Made by a program: the position numbers and the translations under genes. The notes beneath the pieces were generated by a model, which had not been told where the DNA came from, ran no database searches, and was given only the letters and a program-made list of their open reading frames with translations. 64,000 bases of DNA from Octopus sinensis (taxonomy: Eukaryota), in assembly GCF_006345805.1 (NCBI RefSeq), contig NC_042998.1, positions 45,012,001-45,076,000 on the forward strand, in the 5' to 3' direction. Every line of letters begins with the position of its first letter. Position 1 is the stretch's first letter. This document shows positions 13,882-27,739 of the stretch, piece after piece.

Positions 13882-14097
13882 TAAGGTGGCGAGCTGTCAG
13901 AGTCGTTAGAACACTGGACGTAATCCTTAGCGGTATTTCGCCCGTCGCTACGTTCTGAGTTCAAATTCCGCTGAGTTCGACTTTGCCTTTCATCCTTTCG
14001 AGGTCGATAAATTAAGTACCAGTTACGTACTGGGGTCGATGTAATCGGCTTAATCCCTTCCCTCAAATTTGAGACTTTGTTCTTCCAGTAGAAAGGA
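13882..14097 (+). mobile_element. SINE family B copy
   Basis: AAGGTGGCGAGCTG head, GAGTTCAAATTCCGC box B, GCCTTTCATCCTTTCGAGGTCGATAAATTAAGTACCAG domain. Confidence 0.88.
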
Positions 14098-14242
14098 TTA
14101 TTATTTGTTTCAGTTATTTGACTGCCTAGAAGTTATTCAGTTGGTCTCTTTTGCCGAACTGCTAAGTTATAGGGACATAAATACACCAACACCAGTTGTA
14201 AAGCAGTGTGGAGGGGACAAATACACACACACACATGTGACC

Positions 14243-14563
<321 letters not shown>

Positions 14564-15390
14564 TATATATATATATGAAACAAGTAAAAGAATAAAAGAA
14601 TATATATATATATATATACGACGGGCTTCTTTCAGTTTCCGTCAACCAAATCCACTTACAAGGCCTTGGATTAGCCCGAGACTATAGCAGAAGACAATAT
14701 TGCCCCACCAATAACAAGAACCAAACTGCTAGCTTCTCTGTTAGTTATCCGGTGCCCTGTCATTTCGTCTACCTTCATGTTATTTTGTCAACTTTAACTG
14801 GTAGCAAATATGTAGTATTTCAACATCAATCTTTTAACAGCAAAGAATATATTATGTCGCATATATCTTGTCTGAAGTATTATATCTAGTCTTTCGCAGT
14901 TATTTTCGCTCCAAAAATATTGATTTCACTTGATACAAAACTAATTTTGGCAAATTATTGAAATGATACTTCGACCATCTCTCCTCCAACAGCTACATAA
15001 CTCCTCCGTTTGCTAAACAATCTGCCACGTGGTTTGCTAGATAATTCAACCAAAATTATTCTCTGTGATTTTAATTATGTGTGTTGTCAGAAATACACTT
15101 GTTTCCTCGCTGTTTCCTTTTTCATGTCAATATAGACTCCTTGACGTGAGATATACAGTCAGCATATCACTATATTAAATCTGTTCCTTCTTTTTATCTT
15201 TCTATCAATCTGATGATTGTTTCAAGTTCCGAACGTGTTATTTGAAACTATCAACTTTCAAACACCGAAACCTTATAAATAAGCACGATATTTACAATCA
15301 CCACGCACATTAATTAAACCAAGATAAAGATTATATAAATATATATATATATTATATATATATATATATACTATATATATATATATATAT

Positions 15391-15578
15391 ATAACGGGAA
15401 GGTTTACGAAAATAAACAAAAAACGAAGGCAGGTGGAGTACAAACAAACTATTGTATTAGTATAGCGCTCAGGAATAGAAATAGAAAAAGTCTTTTACAT
15501 TTCGAGCCTACGCTCTTCGACAGAAAAAAACAAGGAGAGAAAAAAATGCGTGTAGGAGCTAACGATCTATCATGGCGT

Positions 15579-15580
<2 letters not shown>
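15391..15580 (-). mobile_element. Related Penelope-like fragment embedded in (TA)n
   Basis: Minus strand CTGTCGA-A-GAGC-GTAG-GCTC-GAAATGTAAAA and TTCCTGAGCG shared with the 14243 family; (TA)n on both sides. Confidence 0.5.
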
Positions 15581-15618
<38 letters not shown>

Positions 15619-15840
15619 GAAATATGTTACAAAAGAAAATATAAAATAAGAAAAGGCTTTTTATGAAAGGTAACGACAGATGTATACATTAAGATGGACT
15701 GAGGTAGTAATAAAAGTCATAAAAGAAATTATTATGAGATAATTAAAAAGTCAGAAAGCAAAGCATACCATGGTTTCGTCATAAGCTATTCATTGCTTTG
15801 AATAAACACCGGCTATATATATATATTATACATACATACA

Positions 15841-15874
<34 letters not shown>

Positions 15875-15897
15875 AATATGTATATATATATATATAT

Positions 15898-15929
<32 letters not shown>

Positions 15930-15949
15930 CGTGTGTGTGTGTCCTTTAC

Positions 15950-16432
15950 ACTTTTACACGTTTCACTAGAACACCACCATGGTGTTTCTGATTTCCTCAG
16001 TCTAGGGTATGTTTCACATCACCACTCCTGTATGTGCCTTTGTCCCAGCTGTTGGCCTATTTGGTGTATAAGAGAGTTTGTTTCCGCTACCCTCGCCTAC
16101 ACCTAATATCGGGCTGTTGGTTCATCTGGTATTGTGGAGACATCTACTTCCACCTTATGCAGATTTTTGTGGCAGAACATTGAAGAGCTGTAGGCCTTTG
16201 AACCCTAGACTATTACAGTACCTGGTCCTGAATTTAGATGGAATGGGTGGTATCTTCGGTACAATAGAATGGTGGCCAGTTCTGGCATTTGTATAACACT
16301 CAATGCCGAAGTTGGGTACTGACCCATCTCGGATTTTCCATATGTATACTATTGCATATCTCTCACGTTTTTGCTTCAGGGAGTAAAGTTGTAGACTTCT
16401 CAGCCTATCCCTGTAGCTCATCCGCCGCACTG
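15950..16432 (-). mobile_element. CR1/L2-like LINE ORF2 C-terminal fragment
   Basis: MSYRDRLRSLQLYSLKQKRERYAIVYIWKI..SLGFKGLQLFNVLP resembles the LSY.ERL..L.LYSL.RRRER C-terminal motif. Confidence 0.85.
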
Positions 16433-16485
16433 ATTCAATTTTTTAGTGTAGTAGTATTGGAAATGTGTGTGCGTGTGTGTGTGTT

Positions 16486-16541
<56 letters not shown>

Positions 16542-16546
<5 letters not shown>

Positions 16547-16730
16547 TAATCCAAACAAGAAAACACGGAAAAAAACACAGAAAAAAAACAGCAACGCGAA
16601 GACGTGGAACAATTAAAGTATTATTTGACGCTCAGGAAAGAAGGGAAAGAGGGTTTAACGTTTCGAGCGGAGCTCTTCGTCGGAAACAAGGAGAAGGAAA
16701 GATCCCTAGAAGGGAAGACAGAGGAAAAAA
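16542..16730 (-). mobile_element. Penelope-like fragment, inverted copy of 14243-14441
   Basis: GTTTAACGTTTCGAGCGGAGCTCTTCGTCGGAAAC is the exact reverse complement of the 14307-14341 motif; abuts (TA)n. Confidence 0.6.
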
Positions 16731-17074
16731 ATATATACTTCCGGTTTCGTATGGTCCAGACGTGTTTTCCTGTGCTTCTGAAAACCCGTAAAAATATTTC
16801 AATTTCAAAGAAAACAGCAAACTGATCTGGAAAGTATACTAAAATACAATATATCTATAAGATTACGATATATTTAAAATCACCAACATAAACATACTGA
16901 GCAGAAAGAATCTTTGACAAAGCACGAAGCCAAAACATCGCTGTTTCTTCGATCAAGAAAATCACCCACGTACTTATGATGGGAACTTCCCCCACGTACA
17001 GACAGAAGAAAAAGAAGATATATAGGCAGAATAGTTGGTGGAGGTTCGTTTTCCATGGGTTCGCAGATGAGATT

Positions 17075-17510
<436 letters not shown>

Positions 17511-17656
17511 AGTATGTCTGTGTGTCTGTGCGCGCGTGCAATAACGTGTGTATATGCATAAAAACGATATAGCATTTTGCTTATAAATTGTTTATATCAA
17601 AAAAATGACGGGACGGACACTGTTAAGAGTTGCTTCATTTAAGGTTCTTAACAACT

Positions 17657-17742
17657 AACAAAGAGATCAAAGGGTCAAAGAGCCATAGCAGCTCATTCAC
17701 GTGATCAAAAGTGACCTATCTCTGATAAAGCATTACCGATAA
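17657..17742. promoter_or_regulatory. Dense transcription-factor motif cluster (candidate enhancer or promoter)
   Basis: AACAAAG, AGATCAAAGG (TCF/LEF), AGGGTCAAAG (nuclear receptor/HNF4-like), CACGTG, TGACCT and three GATA sites in about 85 bp of unique sequence. Confidence 0.35.
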
Positions 17743-18442
17743 GCTAATTCGAATAAATCAAATGTCAGCGGCAAAGAGGGATGCTTATCGAAAAATGAGA
17801 AAACGTAAATGGAAAACCAAGAAAACTAGGTTTTTATTCTTATTTTCTCTCTCTTGGTTATCTCTGGGTCTATCTGGAGTATAGCGAAGAACTAATAGTC
17901 TACATGTAATGGCTAGTTATTCATTTATTGCTAACTGGTTTAGTTTAGTTTCGTTCTGTTTAGTTTTTGTTTTGCTTTTATCGTTTGATATTTCTGCAGA
18001 GTCGCTTCTATCAAAATTACTCGTTTCTACACGGTTAATAATCGTTTGTTCACGAATGGTTGGTGAGAAAGTCAGAATATAGTTAAACCATTTTAAATCC
18101 CACTTAACGTCACTTATTTAGCAATATCGAGAAATAATATTCCTAAATGTAAATTGCTAAAACAAAAAAAAAAATTGACGATAATGATAATAATCCGTTT
18201 TAACGCTATCGCGGTCGGCGGCATTTTTTTTAATGTTGTTTTGCCGTCGTTAAAATGTCATCTATAATTTGCATCTACTTAATATTTTGTACACATTTAG
18301 ATGTAAACTAAAATAGTGGCAAAAAGATTTTGTTCCTGTGGTAGAGAGGGGGAGAGAGAAGGCCACAGAGAGCATATTAGTGTTAATATCAAATTTCATT
18401 AATGCATTTCCTAAGATCTCATTATTATCTTATATTTTATTT

Positions 18443-18471
18443 ATGGATATTTGTTGGGGAAATTTTTCCAG
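18443..18471 (+). CDS. GARNL3: Candidate first coding exon of GARNL3 (MDICWGNFS plus split Ser codon)
   Basis: ATG at 18443, 29 nt, donor CAG|GTAAAT, phase 2 as required by the 23586 exon. The joined peptide FSSSPASDL resembles the recalled vertebrate FCSSSVSEDL. Unverified. Confidence 0.35.
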
Positions 18472-20307
18472 GTAAATTTAATCAAACGTCTAACCTCAAT
18501 CTATATATATTTTTTTCTTTTTTCAAAAATCGTCTCTTTTGTTATTAGACATTCAGCACACTGGATTCTATAGAACAACACCCTCAGAATGTTCCCATGT
18601 TTAACCCAATCTTTGCTCTCCTCTACCCACTTCATCCTACAATGTTTATGTAGACCACAAGAGTAGTTGCAGGCGATTTACTGTGCAGTTCGATTTTGTT
18701 AACCAAACATCTGTTCTCTTGTTATGCATTGATGGACATCAACAAAAAAATATAATGTTGTATTATGTTTTTAATATGAATATCTTTTTTTCATAAACAT
18801 TAATATTTTATTCAATCAATTTATCGATCCCACTAATTTATTAATCCAGTTAATCCATACTATGGGGAAACTTTGGTAACCTAGATACACGAAGCGTATG
18901 GAATGTTCTGTTTTCACAAAAAAATGTTGTCTTTCAGAAGATTTCTTTAACAGAGTGTCAATATAAAGGGATACAATATTTTAGTTGCTAAGGGTTTCAT
19001 AACTACTTGGTTACAACCATTAGATCCCGAAATAACTGAGTATAGTAAAAATTATTGGTGTACGTAGGAACTACTCGTTTTTATCTAGTTTTATAGATTT
19101 TTCTCTTGAAATTTCTCCTTTTATTGCATATAATTCTATGGCCATTTAATCCCATATGCATTTAAACTTGTTATCAACAATTTCCATTTTGTCACTCCTC
19201 CCCTAATATTCCCCATTCTTCTACATCTTTTGCAATGTATGCCTCCCTTCCTCTCACATTCACATCCTCGTTCACTATTACACTCTTCTTCCATATCCTC
19301 AAACGAGAATTGTGAAACCGGCAGCATTACTTATCTCTGAATAAAAGGCCCTTTCTTCATCCAGAATAACCATTGTACGAAAACTGTGAGATACTAGCAA
19401 TAACCATGAATTTATGTGAACGTTCTACAGCAATTTCAAAAACACGTGTGAAGTAGGCTAGAGAACCTTCAGGAAAAGAATATTTTAACTCTTAGTAATT
19501 ATGATCCAGCAAAAATGAAATATCTAGCTTTTTGTTCAATACTGCGCCAACGAAGGAGAAAACGCACCACTTTCTATTGCTAGTTTCATATATCGAATGC
19601 AGTATACATCATTACCGTTTACATTCTGATTGAGTTGTTGTGTGGTGATATACATTTTTGCAGCTAAACTTAGCGGAGTATATCCTTTTCCATGGCTGGC
19701 AAGGGCCGTTTTCTTTCAGAAAGAGAGGGGAAGAAAATAAGACAGAAAAGTCTTAGAAGCATAACAGATAAAGTTGACTTCGACGTGATTTGAACTCAGA
19801 ACACACAGAGCTGCAACAAATGCGCTCTAACGACTCTGTCAATTCGTCATCTTCACCTTTGTTATATGTAATATGCTTTTGTTTGTTATTTAACCTTGTC
19901 TCGAACCTGAATGCTGTAGACTTATGATTAAAGGCATTCCAGCTGCGTCCATCTCGTCTAAATAAATGGGATGATCGCATTTAGAGCGCTATTTGAGTGA
20001 AAGATTCGGTTGCTCTTCAAGCAAATCGATTGACGGCATAAAGCACCCACCACAATCACCACCATCACAGCAATGGATCGTTTATGCGTAGTATAGGTTA
20101 CTAAAACCTCCTATTTGCAATAACAAGTCTTTTTGAATTTTGGCAAGACAAAAACTGTTTTTTTACAATACAATGGATTAACTTTAATTAAAGGAAAGCT
20201 TTGAGGAAATTAACAACTGTTCCTGCCAGAATATAGCAACAGTGTCTAATAATGATACTGATGACGACGACGATGATGATGATGATGATACTAATAATAA
20301 TGATAAT

Positions 20308-20833
20308 AAATGCCCTGATGCAGTACCAGGCAGTGGCTCTCATAGCTTCTGATCTTAACTGATTGGAAATGTTATCATGTACATGTTTTGTCTTGGTATA
20401 AAAAGATGGGCTGCAGCAATCTTACTGCTCAATACCACAGACTTGTTTGTCAGTTGCTTGACCTTAACCAGTTGAGTATGTCCCTTAGAGGTTGGTGATA
20501 TGCGCATCTCTAATCACGTGCAGAAGGAGGAATCCTTTGGGGGTTTGAAGAAATCACCTCTGAAAACATGGGTGTTTCGTTCATCATCCTTAAACAACCC
20601 CCATTCAGGGACCTTTTGAGCGGGATGGGCTACTCTACCTCAAGAAAATTCTAACAGGGCCCCGCCTGCAAGATCATGCGCTGCTTATCTTGATATAAGA
20701 TCATCGTGTCGCAAACATATGGTTGTGATGCATATGCTTGGTGTATCCTCATCAGATAGTTAGTCATGATGGGTATATTGGGCTTCGTATATTTGTACCC
20801 TAGTGTCACTTTGATGGCATGCGTTGCTCTCTC

Positions 20834-20898
<65 letters not shown>
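20308..20898 (+). mobile_element. 3' end of a non-LTR retrotransposon with (TAA)n tail, in an AAT/GAT microsatellite (possibly R4/Dong-like)
   Basis: About 520-bp higher-GC block bounded by AAT repeats and ending in a long (AAT)n; clade assignment is inference from target and tail only. Confidence 0.5.
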
Positions 20899-20899
<1 letters not shown>

Positions 20900-21064
20900 T
20901 CGTTATTATAACAGTCTCTACCATTACCAAACCTACTCAAAGCATCTCTCAATCCAGAATATTATACTTCACATCTCTCTTTATCTAATTTTCCATCTTT
21001 TTCTTATTCTTCTGTATGTATGTGTGTGCGCGCGCGTCATATAAAGCATACATAAGATATACAT

Positions 21065-21101
<37 letters not shown>

Positions 21102-21114
21102 ACAAACATTATGC

Positions 21115-21179
<65 letters not shown>

Positions 21180-21387
21180 CAGTGTACATTTAAACACATA
21201 AGGAATCTACTCGTGGGATTCAACACGCTAGAAAGAACAGATATATATATATATATATTATATATATATATATATAATATATATATATATATATTAGTCA
21301 TTTAGGGTAGCAAAAAAATTCAATAGAAATCTATCGCTACCAGCGGCCTGATGGAAAAGAGAAAATAGTCATCGACTAAATATATAA

Positions 21388-21692
21388 ATATAACAATTTA
21401 GGAGTGACCCCAACAGGTCACTCGTCCACCAGAAAGAGCAGCCATAACTCACACCGCCAAGTAGTAGTAATTTAGAAATTAGGTGAAAATTTAAAAAACA
21501 TTTACCCTAATTCATCTTTTAGACGTTGCAACGTTTCTGTGTCATTAATGATTAAATTAGCTTAATTAAATTAAATTAAGCCAATCTACCAATCTACCTA
21601 ATTTCTAAATTACTACTACTTGGCGGTGTGAGTTATGGCTGCTCTTTCTGGTGGACGAGTGACCTGTTGGGGTCACTCCTAAATTGTTATAT
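21388..21692. repeat. Perfect ~97-bp inverted repeat with ~110-bp spacer
   Basis: 21388-21484 is the reverse complement of 21596-21692. Confidence 0.92.
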
Positions 21693-21934
21693 ATATATAT
21701 ATATAATATGCATAATGTCTGTCACACACACGTGTATGTCTGTGTCTGTAAATGTGTACGTATAACATGCATACGTATGCATACATACGTACAACATACA
21801 TATATCAGTACAAGCTTATTTATATGTACACATACATGCAAACATATGTATGTAGACTTACATACAAATACACATTCATATATACAAACATAGTCACATA
21901 CATACACATAGTACACGTACACATACATACACGC

Positions 21935-22090
21935 ACGCACATACATACATACATACATACATACGTACATACATACATACATACATACATACATACATGC
22001 ATGCATGCATACATACATACGTACGTACATACATACATACATACATACATACATACATACATACATACATACATACATACATACATACAT
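21935..22090. repeat. (TACA)n microsatellite
   Basis: Directly visible. Confidence 0.95.
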
Positions 22091-22600
22091 AACGACACGC
22101 GTGCTTTTCTCGAACTACCCTTTCCCTTCTCTCCGCACTTTTTCCTCTCTCCCATGTCTGACGAACAGTCATGCCAGAAACGTCACCCCCACCTCGTTTT
22201 ACCATCATAAACTTTCTCTCAGCGTCAATCTAATATATTTACTGTTTACGTCCTTCTGACTTTTGCTGTTTTTCCTGTTTATATTATTTTTTTCTTGATT
22301 CACATAAATACATGTCAGTTACGTATATCCCACAACCCAAACTCTGGTTCCGATAGCATGCTTCCAATCATTCATCTCCAAAATAATGAATCACTTCTGT
22401 AATTCTTTCGACCAACAAAATATGTCCAACATATGGTCAATTCTGGAACAAGCATTAATTGCTCGGTAAATACCTCTCCACTAAATTTAGCCAATTGGAT
22501 TATATGGAAAAATATTAGAATATTATGGAAGAAAATATATAATATAAATAAACTGCATAAAATACGAAACAGCTGACGTTTTTATGAGAATAGTCCTCCT

Positions 22601-22635
<35 letters not shown>

Positions 22636-23585
22636 ATATATATATATATATATTTATAATGAGAGAGAGAGAGACAGACCGAGACAGAAAGAGATATGAT
22701 GGAGCATAAAGTGTTTGTATTCCTAGTTCCGTTCTGAAGCTATTTTAGGGTTATATTCCTTAGAAGCCGGTACATGATTTTAATAGCCATCACATCGCGA
22801 TTTCAACCATGGTTATTCCTCATTACTCTCATGCGGTTAGAAGTACGCATGTTCTTATTTTCAGATCGTTTATATATTTATATATCTGTCAATATCCATG
22901 ATAAATTTATTACACACATAAACATATACTTATAATATATACATATATATATAAACATATTTAAATATATCTTATACGTACATACAAAAATACTCATATG
23001 GATTTTATATATATATATATACACGCACACACACACACATACACACACATACACACACATACATGATATGCATGTGTATATCTGAAGCTATGCACACATA
23101 TTTCATAAATAGGTACGTGTGTGTGTGTATTATGTATGTTTGTATGTATGTACAAACATGTATATTATACAAATGTACAAAAATGTCCAATTTACACACA
23201 CACACATATATACATACTTAAATACGTGCATACATACATACATACATACATACATACATACATACATACATACATACTACATACATACATACATACATAC
23301 ATACATACATACATACATACATAAATACATACATATCGCAAGGGAAATATTGGCACTCAACATTCAACATTGAAATGAAATACTTAGCCATGATCATACA
23401 TAAAAAAAATATCCTTGGTTTTCGATTAATCAAATTATTTTTCATTTCCTTTCAGAATATTTCAAGGAGATTTATTATCTAGAAAGTGAATTAAGTTCAA
23501 TAATGTTTATCTCATTTGTTTGTTCCATTTTTATATATTTATTTTTGTGTTTTATTCATTTTTTTTTCTCTCTTTCTATTTACAG

Positions 23586-23655
23586 TTCGCCTGCATCAGA
23601 CCTCGCTGCTCGACGAGGAGTGTTTAGCAGACGACACTATGGCTCGGTCGAATTG
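23586..23655 (+). CDS. GARNL3: Internal coding exon of GTPase-activating Rap/Ran-GAP domain-like protein 3
   Basis: Polypyrimidine tract and TTTACAG acceptor, TTG|GTAAGA donor; 70 nt encoding SPASDLAARRGVFSRRHYGSVEL, matching recalled human GARNL3 SEDLGCRRGDFSRKHYGSVEL; ends in phase 0. Confidence 0.92.
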
Positions 23656-23914
23656 GTAAGAGAAAATATTTCTAATTAGCTTTTGATTGCTCCTTGAGCC
23701 AAATACATAAACACTAACTAACGTTCTTATTTTTAAATTTGTCTCGTGTAGATAGCGTCGGAAAGTTCAATATATTCTCTTAGATATATTTCAATTTTCT
23801 ACGTCAACTTGTGAACAATAATGGACATTTTTTACAATTGATTTTCATTTGAATCAACTGATTCTACTTGAATTTCAACAAGTAAAGTCGACTCTAAGGA
23901 GGCCTAATAATATT

Positions 23915-24290
23915 GGTTTCAAATTTTGGCACTTTTGAAGGAGGAGTAAGTCGATTACATCGACTCCAGTTTTCATCTGCTACTTATTTATTTTATCGAC
24001 CCCGAAGGGATGAAAGGCAAAGTCAACCTCGGCGGAATTTGAACTCAGAACGGCGTGCTAACGGTTCTGCCAGTTTACCACCTTGAGGTTTCAAATTTAG
24101 GCACAACACCAGGTGGGGCTAGTCGATTACTTCGACCTCAGTGCTCAACCAGGTACTTATTTCATCGATCCCCGAGAGGATGAAAGGTAAAGTCGAGCTC
24201 GGCAGAATTTGAACTCAGAACGTAAAGGCGGACGAAATGTCGCTAAGCATTTTTCCCGGCATGCTAACGGTTCTGTCACCTCGCCACTTT
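23915..24290 (-). mobile_element. Two adjacent SINE family B copies
   Basis: Two GGATGAAAGG.AAAGTC.A.CTCGGC.GAATTTGAACTCAGAAC blocks. Confidence 0.85.
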
Positions 24291-24399
24291 CGCAGCCTTA
24301 ATATCTAATGATACTAAGGATTAAAAATCGTTGAAAAAAGGGCTACGCTCTTAAAAAGGTGAGACTATGATACACTTACTGAATTTATTGTCTAGCTCT

Positions 24400-24620
24400 C
24401 CTCTGGTCAGACTTTATCGAGCAGACCTAGGATTATAAGCGTTCCAGCCATGACCATTCAGTCTTGTGGACGGAAGTAGTCAAGAACTACATTATATAAT
24501 GTGTCCTTCTTTATTTAGATGATTGATACTCATATAAGTTAATAAGGCATAATTTAAAGGAGATTTGTTTGCTATTTCTAGCAGGTCATGTAACTATTTA
24601 GAGGTATTCTCATTAGCTTG
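24400..24620. mobile_element. Old interspersed repeat (other copies near 7550, 19890, 53090, 53510, 54230, 55080, 60135)
   Basis: Recurrent GAGCAGACCTA.GAT.A.AG..TTCCAGCC.TGACCAT...GCTATTTCTAGCAGGTC consensus in about 8 diverged copies. Confidence 0.7.
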
Positions 24621-25623
24621 GCTTAAATATAGTTTTAGTTTCTGATAGAAACCATTTGTCTTTCATTTATGCAGAAGTATATTCGGGAATCTTGTGTAAC
24701 ATACGTTCCACTCTTACACACCCTTCTCTCTCGCTCTCCCTCTCGCTCTCTCGCTCTCTCTCTCTCTCTCGCTCGTTTGCTCTCTCTTTCTCTTAAAGTA
24801 CCCAATACTCAAATGATAATAAAGTGTACGAGTAAAATTATATAACACGCTATACAGCATGGATTAATATTCGCGCATATGTTAATATATTTATTTATAT
24901 AGAACAGGGGACTGGGCGGAACCCTGTGAACTATGTCCACAAGCTGGTTCTAATTCTCCGTTGCAGTCAATTATCTTCAATTAGATGGCTAATACTCTTT
25001 AAAAAGCAAACACACGCATATATACAACACATACATACATAAATACATACATACATATATATATATATGACGCAACATCCTGTTTCCTTTAGAGTTGAAT
25101 TTGTCATAAACTGATTATGGGGAAGTAGAGTTGATTCAGAACCTGGAGAGAACTGAACAAAAATATCTGAACATAACTGGCCGTGTCCGTATGACGTTGG
25201 GATGACGTTGGGATGACGTTGGTGTCCTTATTCTCCGTTGAACTCTTCACTTCCCCTTTAATCCTGATATCAAGGGTTTCAACCATAGTCATATATCTTG
25301 AAGAGGCTTGGAATTCATCAAGTTGTCTTGAACTTGATAAACTACACGAAGATAAAAATCTTCAGCGGTAACCCAGTTACTCAGTTAGTATTAAGGCAGA
25401 GTTTCAAATTACAATAAGGCTTTTGCTCTTTAAAAAGTTTTGGTTTCCTTCTCTCTTTTCTTTTGTTTTTGTTTGTTTGTTTGTTTTTGTTTGTTTGTTT
25501 GTTTTTGTTTTTGTCTTTGTTTTGTTTTTTTGCTAGAGATGAATATTTCTCTTTCTCTTTTTTCTTAAAGAAAATAATTCGCTTTTTTCGTGTTTTAAGG
25601 ATAATATATCTTTGCAGTATAAT

Positions 25624-26209
25624 CTTTTCTACTCTAGGCACAAGGCCCGAAATTTTGGGGGAGGGGCCAGTCGATTAGATCGACCCCAGTACGCAACTGG
25701 TACTTAATTTATCGACCCCGAAAGAATGAAAGGCAAAGTCGACCTAGGCGGAATTTGAACTCAGAACGTAAAGATAAAAGAAATACCTATTTCTTTATTT
25801 CAATACTTATTTCTTTACTATCCACAGAGGACAAACAAGGACAGACAAACGGATTAAGTCGATTATATCGACCCCAGTGCATAACTGGTCCTTTATTTAC
25901 CGACCCCGGAAGGATGAAAGGCAAAGTCGACCTCAGCGGAATTTGAACTTACAACGTAACAGCAGACGAAATACCTATTTCTTTACTACCCACAAGGGGC
26001 TAAATACAGAGGGGACGAACTAGGACAGACAAACGGATTAAGTCGATTATATTGACTCCAGTGCGTAACTGGTACTTATTTAATCGACCCCCGAAAGGAT
26101 GAAAGGCAAAGTCGACCTCGGCGGAATTTGAACTCAGAACGTAGCGGCAGACGAAGTGCTGCTAAGCATTTCGCCCGGCGTGCTAACGTTTCTGCCAGCT
26201 CACCGCCTT
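25624..26209 (-). mobile_element. Tandem trimer of SINE family B inserted as one unit
   Basis: Three head-to-tail units bracketed by a 19-bp TSD TATATCTTTGCAGTATAAT (25605-25623, 26210-26228). Confidence 0.9.
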
Positions 26210-27516
26210 TATATCTTTGCAGTATAATGATAGGGAAAACGCATGGCGTAATGGTTAGTGGAGAGTTGCGGACACGATGGCAATATCTTGCAATCGTGAT
26301 TTCAATTTCAAGACCGGCGGTTCGTTGTTCTCTTGAGGAAAGCACTTCATTTCACACTGCTCCAGGACTTTAAGCTTTAAATGGGTAACCCTACCAAGGA
26401 CTGTTGTTCCATTCAGGAGCGAGAATATCGGCGCTCTCCATATCTCATATCAGAAGTCGTGATTTAAAGCAGAGAGTACTTCCACCAAGCTAAATCTCGG
26501 CACATGTTCAAATGCTACATAGGTATGACTGAAGGAAGATTCAAATACAGATACTATAACTAAACTTTTTTTAATCACATCGTAAGAAGAAACATGACTA
26601 AATTAACCGACTAATAGAAATGGAAAGAAAATGTTTCAAATTATAACAACAAATAGATTATTAGTAAAAGATCGAGACCTTGCATTAGTGAAAATTATCC
26701 TAAAAAACCCTAATAATACGTTGCCTTCTGCTTCGATGCTAGTGCTGAAATTTTCGAAAATGTTGACACTTTGAGAAATGCTTATTACATAAGTAGATCA
26801 AAGTATCACTGAATGACTAAATACTCGTATACTTACAAAAACACCTACGTTTGTTTATTTATTACAATGCGCTTGTGTGTGTGTGTGTGTGTGTGTTGTG
26901 TGTGTGGTGTGTATGTGTGTGTGGTATGTGTGTATGTGTGTGTGGCGGGAATGTACAGACTGTGTATATATGTGTATACTCTTTTTATCGTTATTCGTTT
27001 TTGTTTTTCTTTGCTCTTTTTCTTCTTTCCGGCCTCCCACCGCCTCTACGTCTCCTTTAAATCTTCTCCCCTATTATTTAAAAATGTTCATTCATTGCAT
27101 TTCATTAATTACAATTCTTTTTGGGTTCGTTAAAAAAAATTAATTATTTCCATCTTCTCGGATTTATTACTCGATACCTTTTTTTTTCCATCCATGTCAC
27201 AGACTGAAAACTTTTCTTTCGAGTCTTTTGTGAAATTTTTGCTGTAAATACAAGGATGGAATGAGTGTTCAATTTAAGCACAAAATTGAAGTAACTAGCA
27301 ATGTACAATATGTCGTTTCTCTATGTATGCAGGAAAGGCTAGAAAAAAAGAAAAAATAACGAATAACAATAAAAACAAGAAACATACGCTCTTATAAAAA
27401 CGGTGTAAGGAAGGAAAACTGGGTTCCTTTTCTTTCCTTTTTGCAAGTATATTTAGTCATGTAGTGGTGGTATGCTCTATTTACTTAACAAGTGCTTCTC
27501 AAGGTGTCTACATTTA

Positions 27517-27564
<48 letters not shown>

Positions 27565-27739
27565 AACTTGGCTAATAATAGCCGATATAAATGTTCTTGG
27601 TTGATTGATTTATTTCTCCAGTCGTGCTTTCATCAAATAGAAAGAAGGGTGAGAGAAAATAAAGTTAAATACAGAAAGAGTTAACTTGAGGTTTAGGATG
27701 AGTCCAAATACCTGGCTTGGTGGAAGGCAATGAGTAAAG

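Noticed and set aside
13515-13958. 147-aa ORF
   Set aside because: Non-ATG start, runs through poly-T and a SINE, no motifs.
25624-26209. Regular repeats superficially like a CRISPR array
   Set aside because: Eukaryotic SINE multimers with no unique spacers and no cas genes.
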